Source of the DNA: a virus
Strand: one strand, 5' to 3'
DNA: 64,000 nucleotides
IMG/VR virus record: IMGVR_UViG_3300031992_000093
Coordinates: 676-64,675 of that record
Part shown: one piece after another, positions 9,255 through 18,622 of the stretch
Position numbering within the stretch: the first letter of the stretch is position 1
How the letters are laid out: each line of letters begins with the position of its first letter
Program-made: the position numbers and the translations under genes
Notes under the pieces: generated by a model
The model's database searches: none
Seen by the model: only the letters and a program-made list of their open reading frames with translations
Told to the model about the DNA's origin: nothing

Positions 9255-9782
9255 CTAACCCTTTCTGATTATCACTGCCTTGCTGAAAGTCTGCTTGCGG
9301 TCTGTAATCATCTGTAGGAACGTCTGGCGGTCAAGCTTCGAGAGACGGAAGATTTCCTCGTCGCTCATGCCAAGCTTCTTACTGATGTCAGCGACTGATA
9401 CGCCCTCCTTGATAAGAGACTTGACAATATTCTCCATCGGCTCCAGCAGATGGGTACCACGCGCACGGTTGAACGTAATGGTTCCTGCCATGTCATCCTC
9501 ACGGTTGGCATGAGCGACGATGACAACGGGAATCTTATTGCCAAGCATGGTTTTCAACGGCTCCCTGCCGGACACAAGCCAGCGGTGGAAACCGTCAATG
9601 ATGGTATAGTCGGGCCTTATGACGATGGGGAAGCAGAAGCCGTTGTTAAGAATGCTCTCCATCAGCAGCTTCAAGTTCTTCTCCAGAACCTTGTTAGGGT
9701 TGTAGTCATTGGGCTTTACCAGGTCACGGTCTATGAACTGGAGATTTCGCAGTGGCGCGAACAGGTCTTTTGTCTGGCTCAT
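9255..9782 (-). CDS. ParB/Srx-like protein (IbrB-like)
   Basis: Motifs PNDYNPN, IIDGFHRW and TITFNRARG. Confidence 0.85.
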   Translation of the reverse strand: MSQTKDLFAPLRNLQFIDRDLVKPNDYNPNKVLEKNLKLLMESILNNGFCFPIVIRPDYTIIDGFHRWLVSGREPLKTMLGNKIPVVIVAHANREDDMAGTITFNRARGTHLLEPMENIVKSLIKEGVSVADISKKLGMSDEEIFRLSKLDRQTFLQMITDRKQTFSKAVIIRKG

Positions 9783-10351
9783 AGCGTAATCTCCTTTCCG
9801 CAATGTGGGCATACGATGGTGTGAGCGGTCTGCATCCCTTCCTCGATGTCGTTTCGCTCCTGTACGTCCTCTTGCTGCTTTTCCTCGTTGAACTTCTGCT
9901 TTGGTGCTGCAGGTTCTTGGAAGTCCACGCCCATATTGTCGGGCACGTTCTCCTTGATGATGGCATCGAGGTATTCAGTAGTGAAGCCTATGACGTTGGT
10001 GTCGCCAATCTCGCGGATGATTTCCTCAACCTTGGTAAAGTCGATGTAGGACATGGACTGAATCTTGTTGTCCTCGACCACGATTTTGAGCTTCTGTTTC
10101 TCCGTGAGGCCATGCATGATAGTGACCTCTCCCTCAGTACGACCCAGATACTCCAGGGCCAGCTTCTTGCCGTGGCCGCAGAGAATCCTATTGTTCTCGT
10201 CTATGATGATGGGGTAATACTGACCGTAGGTGTCGATACTCTCCGCTATGGCCTTCACCTGTTCCTCTGGATGGATATTAGGGTTCTTCTCATAGGGAAT
10301 GAGGGTGTCGAGCTTCACGACCTTTGTCTCTTTCTTGATGTTTGTTGCCAT
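9779..10351 (-). CDS. ParB N-terminal domain protein with C-terminal CPHCG finger
   Basis: Motifs LIPYEKNPNIH, ILCGHG, EDNKI and CPHCGK. Confidence 0.85.
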   Translation of the reverse strand: MATNIKKETKVVKLDTLIPYEKNPNIHPEEQVKAIAESIDTYGQYYPIIIDENNRILCGHGKKLALEYLGRTEGEVTIMHGLTEKQKLKIVVEDNKIQSMSYIDFTKVEEIIREIGDTNVIGFTTEYLDAIIKENVPDNMGVDFQEPAAPKQKFNEEKQQEDVQERNDIEEGMQTAHTIVCPHCGKEITL

Positions 10352-10352
10352 A

Positions 10353-11135
10353 TTACTTTCGAATTGATGTTAGAAATTGTCTTGCTGAATTGATATATAC
10401 CGACGCGGCCATCACAACGTGAGGGTCTATGTCGTAAACCTCCTGCCAGGAATATTCACGCTCTGGCCAAAGCCCGGTGCCTTTCGTCCAGCCGTCCTTT
10501 GAGCCATATAGTACCCAAGGCAGATTGTCGTGCATGAAGTAGTGGATGACTGCCATCACCTGCTCATGCGTCCAGTGTGCAATCGGGTTGTATCTGGTGT
10601 GGCCGTCGCCAGTCGTGTAGATGTTGGTGCCCCTTCCTACAAAGTTGCCGTCCTGTGAACGTCTGCCGAGAATGAGGAACTTGATACCCGTCCGCTGGCA
10701 GTATTCACGCTGCCCGGCATATTGCAGTTTCTCCATCCAGCGTGAGTTCATCTTTGCCTCAGATGGGAACAGCATTTCGGGATGATCCGCAAGCCAACGG
10801 AGTGACAGCCCATCAAGATTGATTGTCATCATGCCGACAGGATGATATCTGTACACCCATTGAAGGAAAGCAGGATATTCCAGGGCCTTCGAGGTGCAGA
10901 ACACACATCGATGGATTCCAGCCTGTTCACACACATACTGGAGTGCCAATGAATCCTTACCACCACTCCAAGCGTATGCAACCATTTTCCCGGCAGTCTT
11001 TAGCTTGATGTCATTAACGGTTGAAGCAACCAGTGCCTGCGCTTCATCACGCGACACCAGTTGCTCAATATTCTTCCAAGCATTGGCAAAGTCCTCATTC
11101 TTTGCCGTCTGCTTCCTTGGAATGGTTGACCTCAT
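10353..11135 (-). CDS. Second PAPS-reductase/PP-loop family protein
   Basis: Motifs AWSGGKDS, LGRRSQDGN and NPIAHWTHE. Start placed at the ATG at 11135. Confidence 0.85.
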   Translation of the reverse strand: MRSTIPRKQTAKNEDFANAWKNIEQLVSRDEAQALVASTVNDIKLKTAGKMVAYAWSGGKDSLALQYVCEQAGIHRCVFCTSKALEYPAFLQWVYRYHPVGMMTINLDGLSLRWLADHPEMLFPSEAKMNSRWMEKLQYAGQREYCQRTGIKFLILGRRSQDGNFVGRGTNIYTTGDGHTRYNPIAHWTHEQVMAVIHYFMHDNLPWVLYGSKDGWTKGTGLWPEREYSWQEVYDIDPHVVMAASVYINSARQFLTSIRK

Positions 11136-11136
11136 A

Positions 11137-13443
11137 TCAGTTGAATTGTAGTGCTGTGCTGAAGGTGAATGCCTTAGCCCCACCGTCATACTTGAACTGG
11201 AGCCAGTCGTAATCGGTAATCTTCAAGCGTAGGTTGGCAATCACTCCCGGCTTGTTGCGCATGGAGTAGCCAGCATTGACCACGAAACGCCCATGAGCGA
11301 CACCACCGAGAACCTGCAGCCTGTCCGTATCTATGAACTTGTGGCCGTTGTAGGCATCATCCCACGTCGCATCAATCATGAAGCCCTTTGGCAGCTTTAC
11401 GGTTGCAGACAGCGTATGACGGTAGATATTGGCCTTGGTGTCATAGATGGATCGGGAGAGGAACCACAGCCACTTGTTGTAGTTGACATTGAGCCACAAC
11501 TGAGGCACGAAAGCCTCTCCACCGATATTGTACTGAGCGACGGCAGTAGCTGACAGCCAGTCGGTGAGGTTTTCCTTATATCCCACAAAAGGCGATACAG
11601 AGGTGCTTCCATGGCCGTGCAGGTTGGCAGACACTGGAATCCATATTCGATACCTTGTCGGCTGTGTAATACCGTCGTAAACCTGCGCATGGAGGCCGCA
11701 AGGAAGCAGAAGGAGTACTACCAGCGTCAATTTCTTCAGGAGCTTCCGGGCAATCGAATCAATCTTTTCACGGTTGCCGACGTGTTCCTCATGGATGGCC
11801 TCAGTGAGCTTGATCATGCCGTTTGTGTTCTTACGCATGTGGTCTGCGATACCAATCATACTTTCTTTCAAGTCCTTCATAGCCTCATTGAGCTGGTCGA
11901 ATCGTGCAGCCGTAGTTTCTGAAAGTGCCTTATTCAGTTCTATGACTGCTTTCATCTCGTCGGACGGCTCCATGTGTGCCACAACCTTTTCGCCCTCTTT
12001 CTCTCTCTCTTTCGAGAAGAGTGAGAGAATGCCAGACAAGCCGATTGTGAGCAGTGAACCAGTAACTATCATCGGCACGTTTCCATTAAGGTTTCCGTAA
12101 GCGAAGATTGGAAGCCCTACACAGATAGATAGCAAGATTCCCCAAAACAGCCCAGCTTCGGACATCTTGACGCCCTTGATGGCCCATATAGAAGGGAGCA
12201 TGACACTACTGCGCAAAGTACCATACAGAAGGAACAGATACACGATGGTCATGCCTGGTATGTTGGCAATGATGATGGCAAAGATTGCTACTGCAATCAT
12301 AGCCATCTTAGCCATACGCCTTCCATCACCGAGGAAAAAGTGTAGTAATCGGTTGTCTAAAATGCGTCCGCACCATTCCTTGCTTGCGAATATTCTGGCG
12401 CTGATGTCGTGGCCCGATACTGAGGACACCGCGCACAGGATGCTATCGACGGTACTCATGAGGCCGGAGAGAATCAGCAGCAGGAACGGGAACACGAACC
12501 ACTTGGGCGCAAACGCGATTACAGACGCTACATTGGTGAGTTGAGTGTCAGATATAGCTAAATGTGCCCCGGCAGCTATAAATCCAAGGAAAGACAAGGA
12601 AACAGGCACACAAGCGAAAATAAGTGCCGCAAACATCATCGACTTCTTCACTTCACCCTCTCTGATGGAGAAAACACGCTGCCAAAACATCTGGTCGCCA
12701 AAAGTGCCAGACAAAAGGCCGATGGCTGTTGGTATTCCGAATGACAGCATGACATTGATTCCGTTCTCGTCGGTGAGTGATCCGAAAGTTCCCGTCGCAC
12801 CAGCGAGGCCATCAGCGAACGTGCCAGGCTCTGTGTTGCTGAATATGATAGGCAAGCCGACGGCCAGCACTACCACAATCCACAGCATCTGCCAGAAGTC
12901 CGTCAAGATGGATGCCTTGATACCCTTGGCCACCGTATAGGCCAAAGGTATGAGGGCGAGGGCAAGCGTCGTACCGAAGAACGGGAGGCCACACAGCTTA
13001 TGCAGGATGGTAGCACCTGCCAGCAGCTGGACGGCAAAGCTCAACGTCTGGAGTCCGAACGATTCCACAAGGTAGAGGTTGTGTGTACGGTTGGAATACT
13101 TCTCACGGATGAACGCTGAGAACGTCCACCCGTCAGGCTTAATCTTACGCATCCAGCTTGCAAAGAAGCCAAACAATACAAGTGTCAGCACGTTCGGCAC
13201 TACGAACCAGAACACGCCCGGCAGTCCCTGAGTGTAGGCCTTCTCTGCCGCTACGAACATCGAAGGTGCCCATACCCATGTAGCAGCGATGGAGAATGCG
13301 GCTATCCACCAAGGCATTTTCCTGTCTGCCACCAAATAACTCTCTTTAGTTCCCTTTTCGCTGATGAACCTTACCAGGAGCATCAGCACGACGAAGTAGC
13401 CCGCAAGGAGCAAAACGCCGTCCATTTTAGTCAAAATTTCCAT
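11137..13443 (-). CDS. Sodium:solute symporter (SSS family) fused to a coiled coil and a signal-peptide-bearing probable outer-membrane beta-barrel
   Basis: About 13 hydrophobic segments with YLVADRKMPWW, SIAATWVWA, DQMFWQRVFS and SGLMSTVDS. Then LKKLTLVVLLLLPCGLHA/Q and amphipathic beta-strands ending TALQFN. Confidence 0.85.
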   Translation of the reverse strand: MEILTKMDGVLLLAGYFVVLMLLVRFISEKGTKESYLVADRKMPWWIAAFSIAATWVWAPSMFVAAEKAYTQGLPGVFWFVVPNVLTLVLFGFFASWMRKIKPDGWTFSAFIREKYSNRTHNLYLVESFGLQTLSFAVQLLAGATILHKLCGLPFFGTTLALALIPLAYTVAKGIKASILTDFWQMLWIVVVLAVGLPIIFSNTEPGTFADGLAGATGTFGSLTDENGINVMLSFGIPTAIGLLSGTFGDQMFWQRVFSIREGEVKKSMMFAALIFACVPVSLSFLGFIAAGAHLAISDTQLTNVASVIAFAPKWFVFPFLLLILSGLMSTVDSILCAVSSVSGHDISARIFASKEWCGRILDNRLLHFFLGDGRRMAKMAMIAVAIFAIIIANIPGMTIVYLFLLYGTLRSSVMLPSIWAIKGVKMSEAGLFWGILLSICVGLPIFAYGNLNGNVPMIVTGSLLTIGLSGILSLFSKEREKEGEKVVAHMEPSDEMKAVIELNKALSETTAARFDQLNEAMKDLKESMIGIADHMRKNTNGMIKLTEAIHEEHVGNREKIDSIARKLLKKLTLVVLLLLPCGLHAQVYDGITQPTRYRIWIPVSANLHGHGSTSVSPFVGYKENLTDWLSATAVAQYNIGGEAFVPQLWLNVNYNKWLWFLSRSIYDTKANIYRHTLSATVKLPKGFMIDATWDDAYNGHKFIDTDRLQVLGGVAHGRFVVNAGYSMRNKPGVIANLRLKITDYDWLQFKYDGGAKAFTFSTALQFN

Positions 13444-13474
13444 GATTCTTTTTTATGTCACATTTGTCACGTTG

Positions 13475-13506
13475 CAAAATTAGTGATTTTCGTGCTTATT
13501 AGGCAC
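13475..13506 (-). promoter_or_regulatory. Promoter of the symporter-terminase-portal operon
   Basis: TAATTTTG at 13475-13482, with the palindrome GTGCCTAATAAGCAC (13492-13506) where a -33 box would be expected. Confidence 0.55.
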
Positions 13507-13524
13507 TCTTAGAGGGCAAAAAAA

Positions 13525-13959
13525 TCATTCTGCCAAATAGTTTTTAACTTCCTTAACAAATTCGTCTATACTTCTGACCACTACGTACTTGTTTCCGTGG
13601 GCCTCTGCGTCTGCCTGCCACAGCTTCTGACTGGCTGACTGCTTGCCGTCCTTTGTCTTGAACTCGATGCACAGGCAACCGTAGCCTTTTCTTGGTATGA
13701 GGATAATCATGTCGGCCACTCCTGCGGTGACTCCCTCTCCCTTCATGATGGCCGCTTCGCGTGCGTTCCTGGCACCACCATTGGGTACAGCGAAGCACAG
13801 ACGGCTCAGCTTTGGATATTGGAGGTCAAACCACGTCTTACACGCCCGTTGCAGCTCACTCTCGATGTGTGCAGGCTTCTCAACGGTTCCTTTGTTGCCT
13901 CTGGCCAGCATCATCATGAACTTCTCTTCCGGGCTTCTGCGTCCTGTTCTCTGTGCCAT
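13525..13959 (-). CDS. VRR-NUC domain nuclease (resolvase-like)
   Basis: Motifs ESELQ, FAVPNGG, GVTAGVADM and IEFKT...QSASQ. Confidence 0.85.
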   Translation of the reverse strand: MAQRTGRRSPEEKFMMMLARGNKGTVEKPAHIESELQRACKTWFDLQYPKLSRLCFAVPNGGARNAREAAIMKGEGVTAGVADMIILIPRKGYGCLCIEFKTKDGKQSASQKLWQADAEAHGNKYVVVRSIDEFVKEVKNYLAE

Positions 13960-13963
13960 GGTG

Positions 13964-14341
13964 TCAGAAGGTGATATCGTCGCCGTTGCTTGGCTGGTTG
14001 TTATTGGAAGGCTTGGGGTCGAGCAGCTCCAGCACATCGACGTGAATCTCCGTAACGTAGCACTTGCGCCCCTGGTTGTCATCATACGAGCGGGTCTTTA
14101 TCTTACCCTCGATGTAGAGCTTGGAGCCCTTATGCACATACCTTGCAATCACATCGGCTGTCTTTCCCCATGCAATGAGGTTGTGCCACTCTGTGCGGTC
14201 TGGTACCTGAGTACCGTTCTGCAGGGTGTAGCCCCGTTCTGTCGTGGCGAGGGTTAGCTGTGCCACGCTGCCGTTTGACATTGTCTTTACTTTCGGATCG
14301 GCTCCTACATTGCCGACCAATATTGCCTTGTTTATCGACAT
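13964..14341 (-). CDS. ssb: Single-stranded DNA-binding protein
   Basis: Motifs INKAILVGNVGADP, TEWHN and KGSKLYIEGKIKTRSY, with acidic tail DDITF. Confidence 0.95.
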   Translation of the reverse strand: MSINKAILVGNVGADPKVKTMSNGSVAQLTLATTERGYTLQNGTQVPDRTEWHNLIAWGKTADVIARYVHKGSKLYIEGKIKTRSYDDNQGRKCYVTEIHVDVLELLDPKPSNNNQPSNGDDITF

Positions 14342-14398
14342 ATAGATTGTACTATTTAAGTTATTACTACTATACACCACCCATACTCGGGTGTAGTA

Positions 14399-14884
14399 CT
14401 ATTGTTCACTATTGTAGCGGAAGTCCGTAAAGTGGATGATGATGCCGCTGTAGATGTCACGGCTCATGCCCTGGCCGAAGAACCAGTCCTTGAACTCTTC
14501 GAGCGTCATGCCGTCATTCTTGGCCAGTGTCGCAATGTCTGTGAACCTCTTGCCGTCGATGACACATTTCAGCTCGTCGGTGTCACGGTCGTACTTCATC
14601 GTGAAACGCTGGTACCCGGCCTTGCGGTACTCCTTGATGACCTTCTGCTTCACGCCCTTTCCGTAGGGTCTGCCGTCCCACTCGCGGACTGACATCAAAT
14701 AGCCTTTGTCATTCACCTTGTCAATGTTGCTGGCCCATCCGTCGTAGCGGCCTCTGCAGGTGTGGATTTTCCTGCCGTCCAGCAGCTTCTCTTTGAAATG
14801 GGTCGGCTTTCCCGCATGGATGGCGGTTTTCGGGTAGTGGTGCGACAGCATCAGTACCACGGTCTTGCTTCTTGTAGTTTCCAT
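14399..14884 (-). CDS. Hypothetical protein (ASCH/PUA-like)
   Basis: KIHTCR...W..RPY...LAKNDGMTLEEFKDWF pattern. Confidence 0.7.
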   Translation of the reverse strand: METTRSKTVVLMLSHHYPKTAIHAGKPTHFKEKLLDGRKIHTCRGRYDGWASNIDKVNDKGYLMSVREWDGRPYGKGVKQKVIKEYRKAGYQRFTMKYDRDTDELKCVIDGKRFTDIATLAKNDGMTLEEFKDWFFGQGMSRDIYSGIIIHFTDFRYNSEQ

Positions 14885-14896
14885 ACTCAATGTTGT

Positions 14897-15394
14897 TTAG
14901 TCAAATAAAGATAATTGAATTGTCTCAGTCTGCTTCTTGGCTACTGCCTTGGTGCATGGTTTTGTTCCGACTTCTGGAACTGGCTCTTTCGCCGGGGCCT
15001 CGATGTGGCCTTGTGGTGTGTGCTCCATCTTCCAGAGGAAATAGAACTCGTCGAGGGAGTCCGTTCTGAGGTGGTTGCGCTCGGTGTCCCAATGGGCTTT
15101 CCTGAATGCCTCGCACTGGCTCGTTTCTGCAACTTTCGGAACGCTTTCGGCATATTTTGGAACGTTTTCTTCAATTTCTGGTACGCTTTTGGCAATTTTC
15201 GGAACACTTTTGGAATTTTCCGCATCATCTGCCGTGTCGTACACATGACCAGGAGTGAAGAGGGCTATAGGGTGCTGGCCCTGCAGCGGAATCCTCACCG
15301 CCGTCATCCCCATCATGTCATTCTCCCTTACGACGTTGCCTTGGAGCACCTTGCCGTACCAAAGAACATATACCGTCTGTCCTTCTGTTCTCAT
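14897..15394 (-). CDS. Hypothetical protein with 7-aa repeats and C-terminal QLSLF motif
   Basis: Contains KSVPKIA/KSVPEIE/ENVPKYA/ESVPKVA and ends IQLSLFD. Confidence 0.7.
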   Translation of the reverse strand: MRTEGQTVYVLWYGKVLQGNVVRENDMMGMTAVRIPLQGQHPIALFTPGHVYDTADDAENSKSVPKIAKSVPEIEENVPKYAESVPKVAETSQCEAFRKAHWDTERNHLRTDSLDEFYFLWKMEHTPQGHIEAPAKEPVPEVGTKPCTKAVAKKQTETIQLSLFD

Positions 15395-15449
15395 ACCTTC
15401 ATGCGATTATTTGCGATTTATCGGCTTTTCTAACTGACAGACTGGTTTC

Positions 15450-15845
15450 TCACCGTTGGCGGGGATTGCTGCGGATGCGGTACCAGTAATTGGGCTTTCC
15501 GTGGCTCTCATGCTTCTTGTATGGGTGCAGCTTCTTGGTGTACTGAGGGCACGATGGCTTTGCCGGGAGCAACAGGGGCTCAACATAGCACATCTTATCC
15601 ACCACCTCTTGAAGCTTCAGAACCATAGCAGAATCCAGATTATCCATTATGTCGGGAACCTGGGCAAGATAGCCGACTACTAACTGGCCGTCCTTCAAGT
15701 CGCCTCTTTCCTCTGCTTCACGGATCAGCTCTTTAACTCTCTCTGCTACCAGATTGGCATCGAGGCCCGATTCTTCTGCAATCTGTAAGATGTGCAGGTT
15801 ATCGTCGGCACCTGTAATGACCACATATTTACGTTCGTACATCAT
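15450..15845 (-). CDS. Hypothetical protein
   Basis: 131-aa ORF in the operon direction. Confidence 0.6.
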   Translation of the reverse strand: MMYERKYVVITGADDNLHILQIAEESGLDANLVAERVKELIREAEERGDLKDGQLVVGYLAQVPDIMDNLDSAMVLKLQEVVDKMCYVEPLLLPAKPSCPQYTKKLHPYKKHESHGKPNYWYRIRSNPRQR

Positions 15846-15993
15846 ACCTTGCTCTCCTTATCCTTGAATCCGTCATTGCACTCATAGCTTCTGGCATTTC
15901 TGTATGTACCAAGCCAATAGCACCAGCCTCTATTCTTATTTTCGCGTTGGTAATACCCGCAATGGAAGCACATTCTTCCTTGAACCGTTGTGC

Positions 15994-16746
15994 TCATACC
16001 TCATACTTTCTTGGTGTCGGATATTGTTTCCACTCTCTGCCGTCGAGCAGACAGCCATTGTCTTTCTTGTTGCGCTTCTTGCCGTCTTCGCCGTAGGCTC
16101 CCCACTGCTTGAAGAAGAAAGGAACATTGGCTTTGATGCAACGGTCTCTGAGATAACGGAAGCAGTCAGCGGGTGTGTGCCTTGCGCATGATCCGCTCTC
16201 GCCTCCAGTGATGACCCAATCGATGCCGTCAAGGTTGATGTTATCCAGATAGCCCATCAGAGGCTCACAACTGAGGAAGCGGACGGGTGCTTTGTCAATC
16301 CATCTGAGCCAGTCGATGCGGTCATAGTAATTGAAGCTCTCACAGGTGACACCAAGCCATGCGTTCTGAGGAACACCTTCACTTGCACCACCCATGAAGT
16401 ATTTCGCCATTCTCTCAGCCCTCTTTGTGAGTATCTGGAAGGTGTGCTGTGGGTTCTCGCGTATCACCTGCATCACCTGGTCTATGTAGTCACAGGGTAC
16501 GTCATGGTGGAACAGGTCGCCCATGGAGCAGACGAACACCATGCTTGGCTTCTTCCACTTGTAGGGGTCTTTCAGCACGTCGGGGTTCAATGTAGGCTTG
16601 AAGCCGTTCTCATAGCTCTTGATGTGGTTGCCCTGCAATCTACGGGCCATCACTTCGGCATAACAATGAACACATGCCGAGCTTACCTTGGTGCAACCGT
16701 GCATTGGTTGCCAGACTTTATCAGTCCATTCAATCTTTGTTGCCAT
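15994..16746 (-). CDS. DUF5131 / phage Gp37Gp68 family (radical-SAM-like) protein
   Basis: Motifs IEWTDKVW, GCTKVSSACVHCYAE, FVCSMGDLFH, FLSCEPL, WVITGGESG and FFFKQWG. Confidence 0.9.
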   Translation of the reverse strand: MATKIEWTDKVWQPMHGCTKVSSACVHCYAEVMARRLQGNHIKSYENGFKPTLNPDVLKDPYKWKKPSMVFVCSMGDLFHHDVPCDYIDQVMQVIRENPQHTFQILTKRAERMAKYFMGGASEGVPQNAWLGVTCESFNYYDRIDWLRWIDKAPVRFLSCEPLMGYLDNINLDGIDWVITGGESGSCARHTPADCFRYLRDRCIKANVPFFFKQWGAYGEDGKKRNKKDNGCLLDGREWKQYPTPRKYEV

Positions 16747-16804
16747 ACTGCAATGATATTATATACTACTATACACAATACTCAATACTTGTACTATCCA
16801 GAGG

Positions 16805-17830
16805 TTATTTGCGAGGCTTCTTGATCAGGAACGTCACATAGTCTCTGGTGCGTGAGAGGTTGTCGGATATATCGACAAGGACGCGCTCAGTCGTCTTGTC
16901 ATACCCGAGGGCTTTAATCAGGAACTCCACCAGGTCTTTATTGCTGACGGTCACGTTCCTTTTGTTCTTGATGCAACACGCGGCCCCGTTGGTGGTGTTG
17001 AATACGAAATGCAATGCTCCTGTGATATTGTCCTGTCTCAGTCTCAGGCGCATGAGGTTCGCGTCGATGATAACCTTGCTGTCCTCGATGTTCATTACCA
17101 CGGTGTAATTGCCTTTCTTGTTATTGATGGCGAACTTGTTGGGGCCGATGCTGTTTACCAAGCTGCTCTTCTTGTCAAAGTCGAAGAATGTGAAATCTTC
17201 CATCTTTCTCGTTGTTGGGGTTGTAGAAATAGGTTCTGGAATCTCCTTGTCAGAAACTTGTGCCGCATAGTTCAGGGCGTGCTCAATCTCCTTTTCCCTC
17301 TGCCTGTCAGCGGATTCGGTAGAACCAGTAAGCCTTTGAAGCTTGGCCTGCTTCTCTCCAATCTCCTTTTCAAGCTGTCGGGCCTGTTTCTCCAGCTGCT
17401 CCTGCTCCTTCGCGGCCTTCTCTTTCTCCTTTTTCACTCGGTCAAACTCCCCGGACTCGCATTCCTGGCAGTGCTTGTGGAGCTGGCCTTTGCTATTGTA
17501 GAGGAATGAGGACTTCGGCATCAGGCGCTTGCAATGAGGGCAGTATATCTTCTGCTCTGGTACATCTATCTTGCCAGTCTCGCGGAAGTCCTGCAACTTG
17601 CGCTGCCATTTCTCGTCGAGCTTCTTCCAGTACTGGAAATTGAAGATGGTGTTGCGGGCCTCTCCCATGTCGAAAGCGTCCAAGATGGCATCTTCTGGGG
17701 CTACCTGCTCCAGATAGGCATCGATGCTGATGCGCTTGAAGCGGTGGTTGGCATAGAAATACTCGAAGTTGTTGAGCGTCCCCTTGTCTGTGAGGAACTT
17801 GCGGAATAGTGTTATCTCATCATACGTCAT
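16805..17830 (-). CDS. Hypothetical protein with Zn finger and coiled coil
   Basis: CPHC...CQEC followed by a K/E-rich helix. Confidence 0.75.
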   Translation of the reverse strand: MTYDEITLFRKFLTDKGTLNNFEYFYANHRFKRISIDAYLEQVAPEDAILDAFDMGEARNTIFNFQYWKKLDEKWQRKLQDFRETGKIDVPEQKIYCPHCKRLMPKSSFLYNSKGQLHKHCQECESGEFDRVKKEKEKAAKEQEQLEKQARQLEKEIGEKQAKLQRLTGSTESADRQREKEIEHALNYAAQVSDKEIPEPISTTPTTRKMEDFTFFDFDKKSSLVNSIGPNKFAINNKKGNYTVVMNIEDSKVIIDANLMRLRLRQDNITGALHFVFNTTNGAACCIKNKRNVTVSNKDLVEFLIKALGYDKTTERVLVDISDNLSRTRDYVTFLIKKPRK

Positions 17831-17848
17831 ACGATACTCCTTTCTGCA

Positions 17849-18622
17849 TTACTGCTCAATAAGTGGAATGATATTGGCTTTCTTCAACTCGTCATAGAGG
17901 AACAGACGGCCTTTCTGCGTCCACTCTGAGTTGTACTTGATTTCCTTCCGGCCATCCCTTCGGGTGATCTCGACGGGCTTAGAGTGCATGTAGCCCTGCG
18001 AAAGGTAGGGAGCATAGAGAATCCATTGGTCACCGACCTTGTGCTGGATGCGCATCATGTAGAGCTTCTGATTGAACGCCTTGGCAGACATGCCGTAGTC
18101 GAGGGCAATCTGTGTGGTTAGCACGGTGGACTTGTTGTTGAGGATGGTGTCATAGTAGCTGACCTTTGGCTGCATGGTCGCTATCTCCTGGGAGAGTGCG
18201 AACACCTGCTGCTCGGCAGCGTCGGCACGCTTCGACTCAATCAGCTTTGCCTCATACTCTGAGGCCCATGCCCTTGCAGCTTCAGCGGGGTTGGAGAAGT
18301 TCGGGAGTGCCGTCATGCTGCTGCGCTCCTTGACTTCGAGCTGCTTCCATCTGAGGACGAGCTTTGCACGGGCTTCATCCTTGAACTTGGTGGCCACGTA
18401 CAGGCACTCTTCCTTGTCGAGGTAGTAACAGGGCCTCTGCTGGTTGTTGGCATCCTGATACGTGCCGAGCGTAAATTTCCGCCCGGCGGTTTTCTCCCAT
18501 GCTGGCTCCATCTTGCGGATGGCCTCCAGAACGTCCGAATGTCTCTTACCTGTGAGTTCCGCGATTTCGATGGAACTCAACGTCTTCTGGCTTTCGCCAA
18601 ATCTGATTACTTCATTACTCAT
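17849..18622 (-). CDS. Rha-family / KilAC (ANT) antirepressor
   Basis: N-terminal SSIEIAELTGKRHSDVLEAIR. C-terminal PKVSYYD..TTQIALDYGMSA..WTQKGRLFLY. Confidence 0.9.
   Translation of the reverse strand: MSNEVIRFGESQKTLSSIEIAELTGKRHSDVLEAIRKMEPAWEKTAGRKFTLGTYQDANNQQRPCYYLDKEECLYVATKFKDEARAKLVLRWKQLEVKERSSMTALPNFSNPAEAARAWASEYEAKLIESKRADAAEQQVFALSQEIATMQPKVSYYDTILNNKSTVLTTQIALDYGMSAKAFNQKLYMMRIQHKVGDQWILYAPYLSQGYMHSKPVEITRRDGRKEIKYNSEWTQKGRLFLYDELKKANIIPLIEQ

Noticed and set aside
8187-11135. PAPS reductases as sulfur-assimilation auxiliary metabolic genes
   Set aside because: They lack the CysH C-terminal ECGLH motif and sit with ParB and terminase genes, which fits IbrA-like PP-loop enzymes better.
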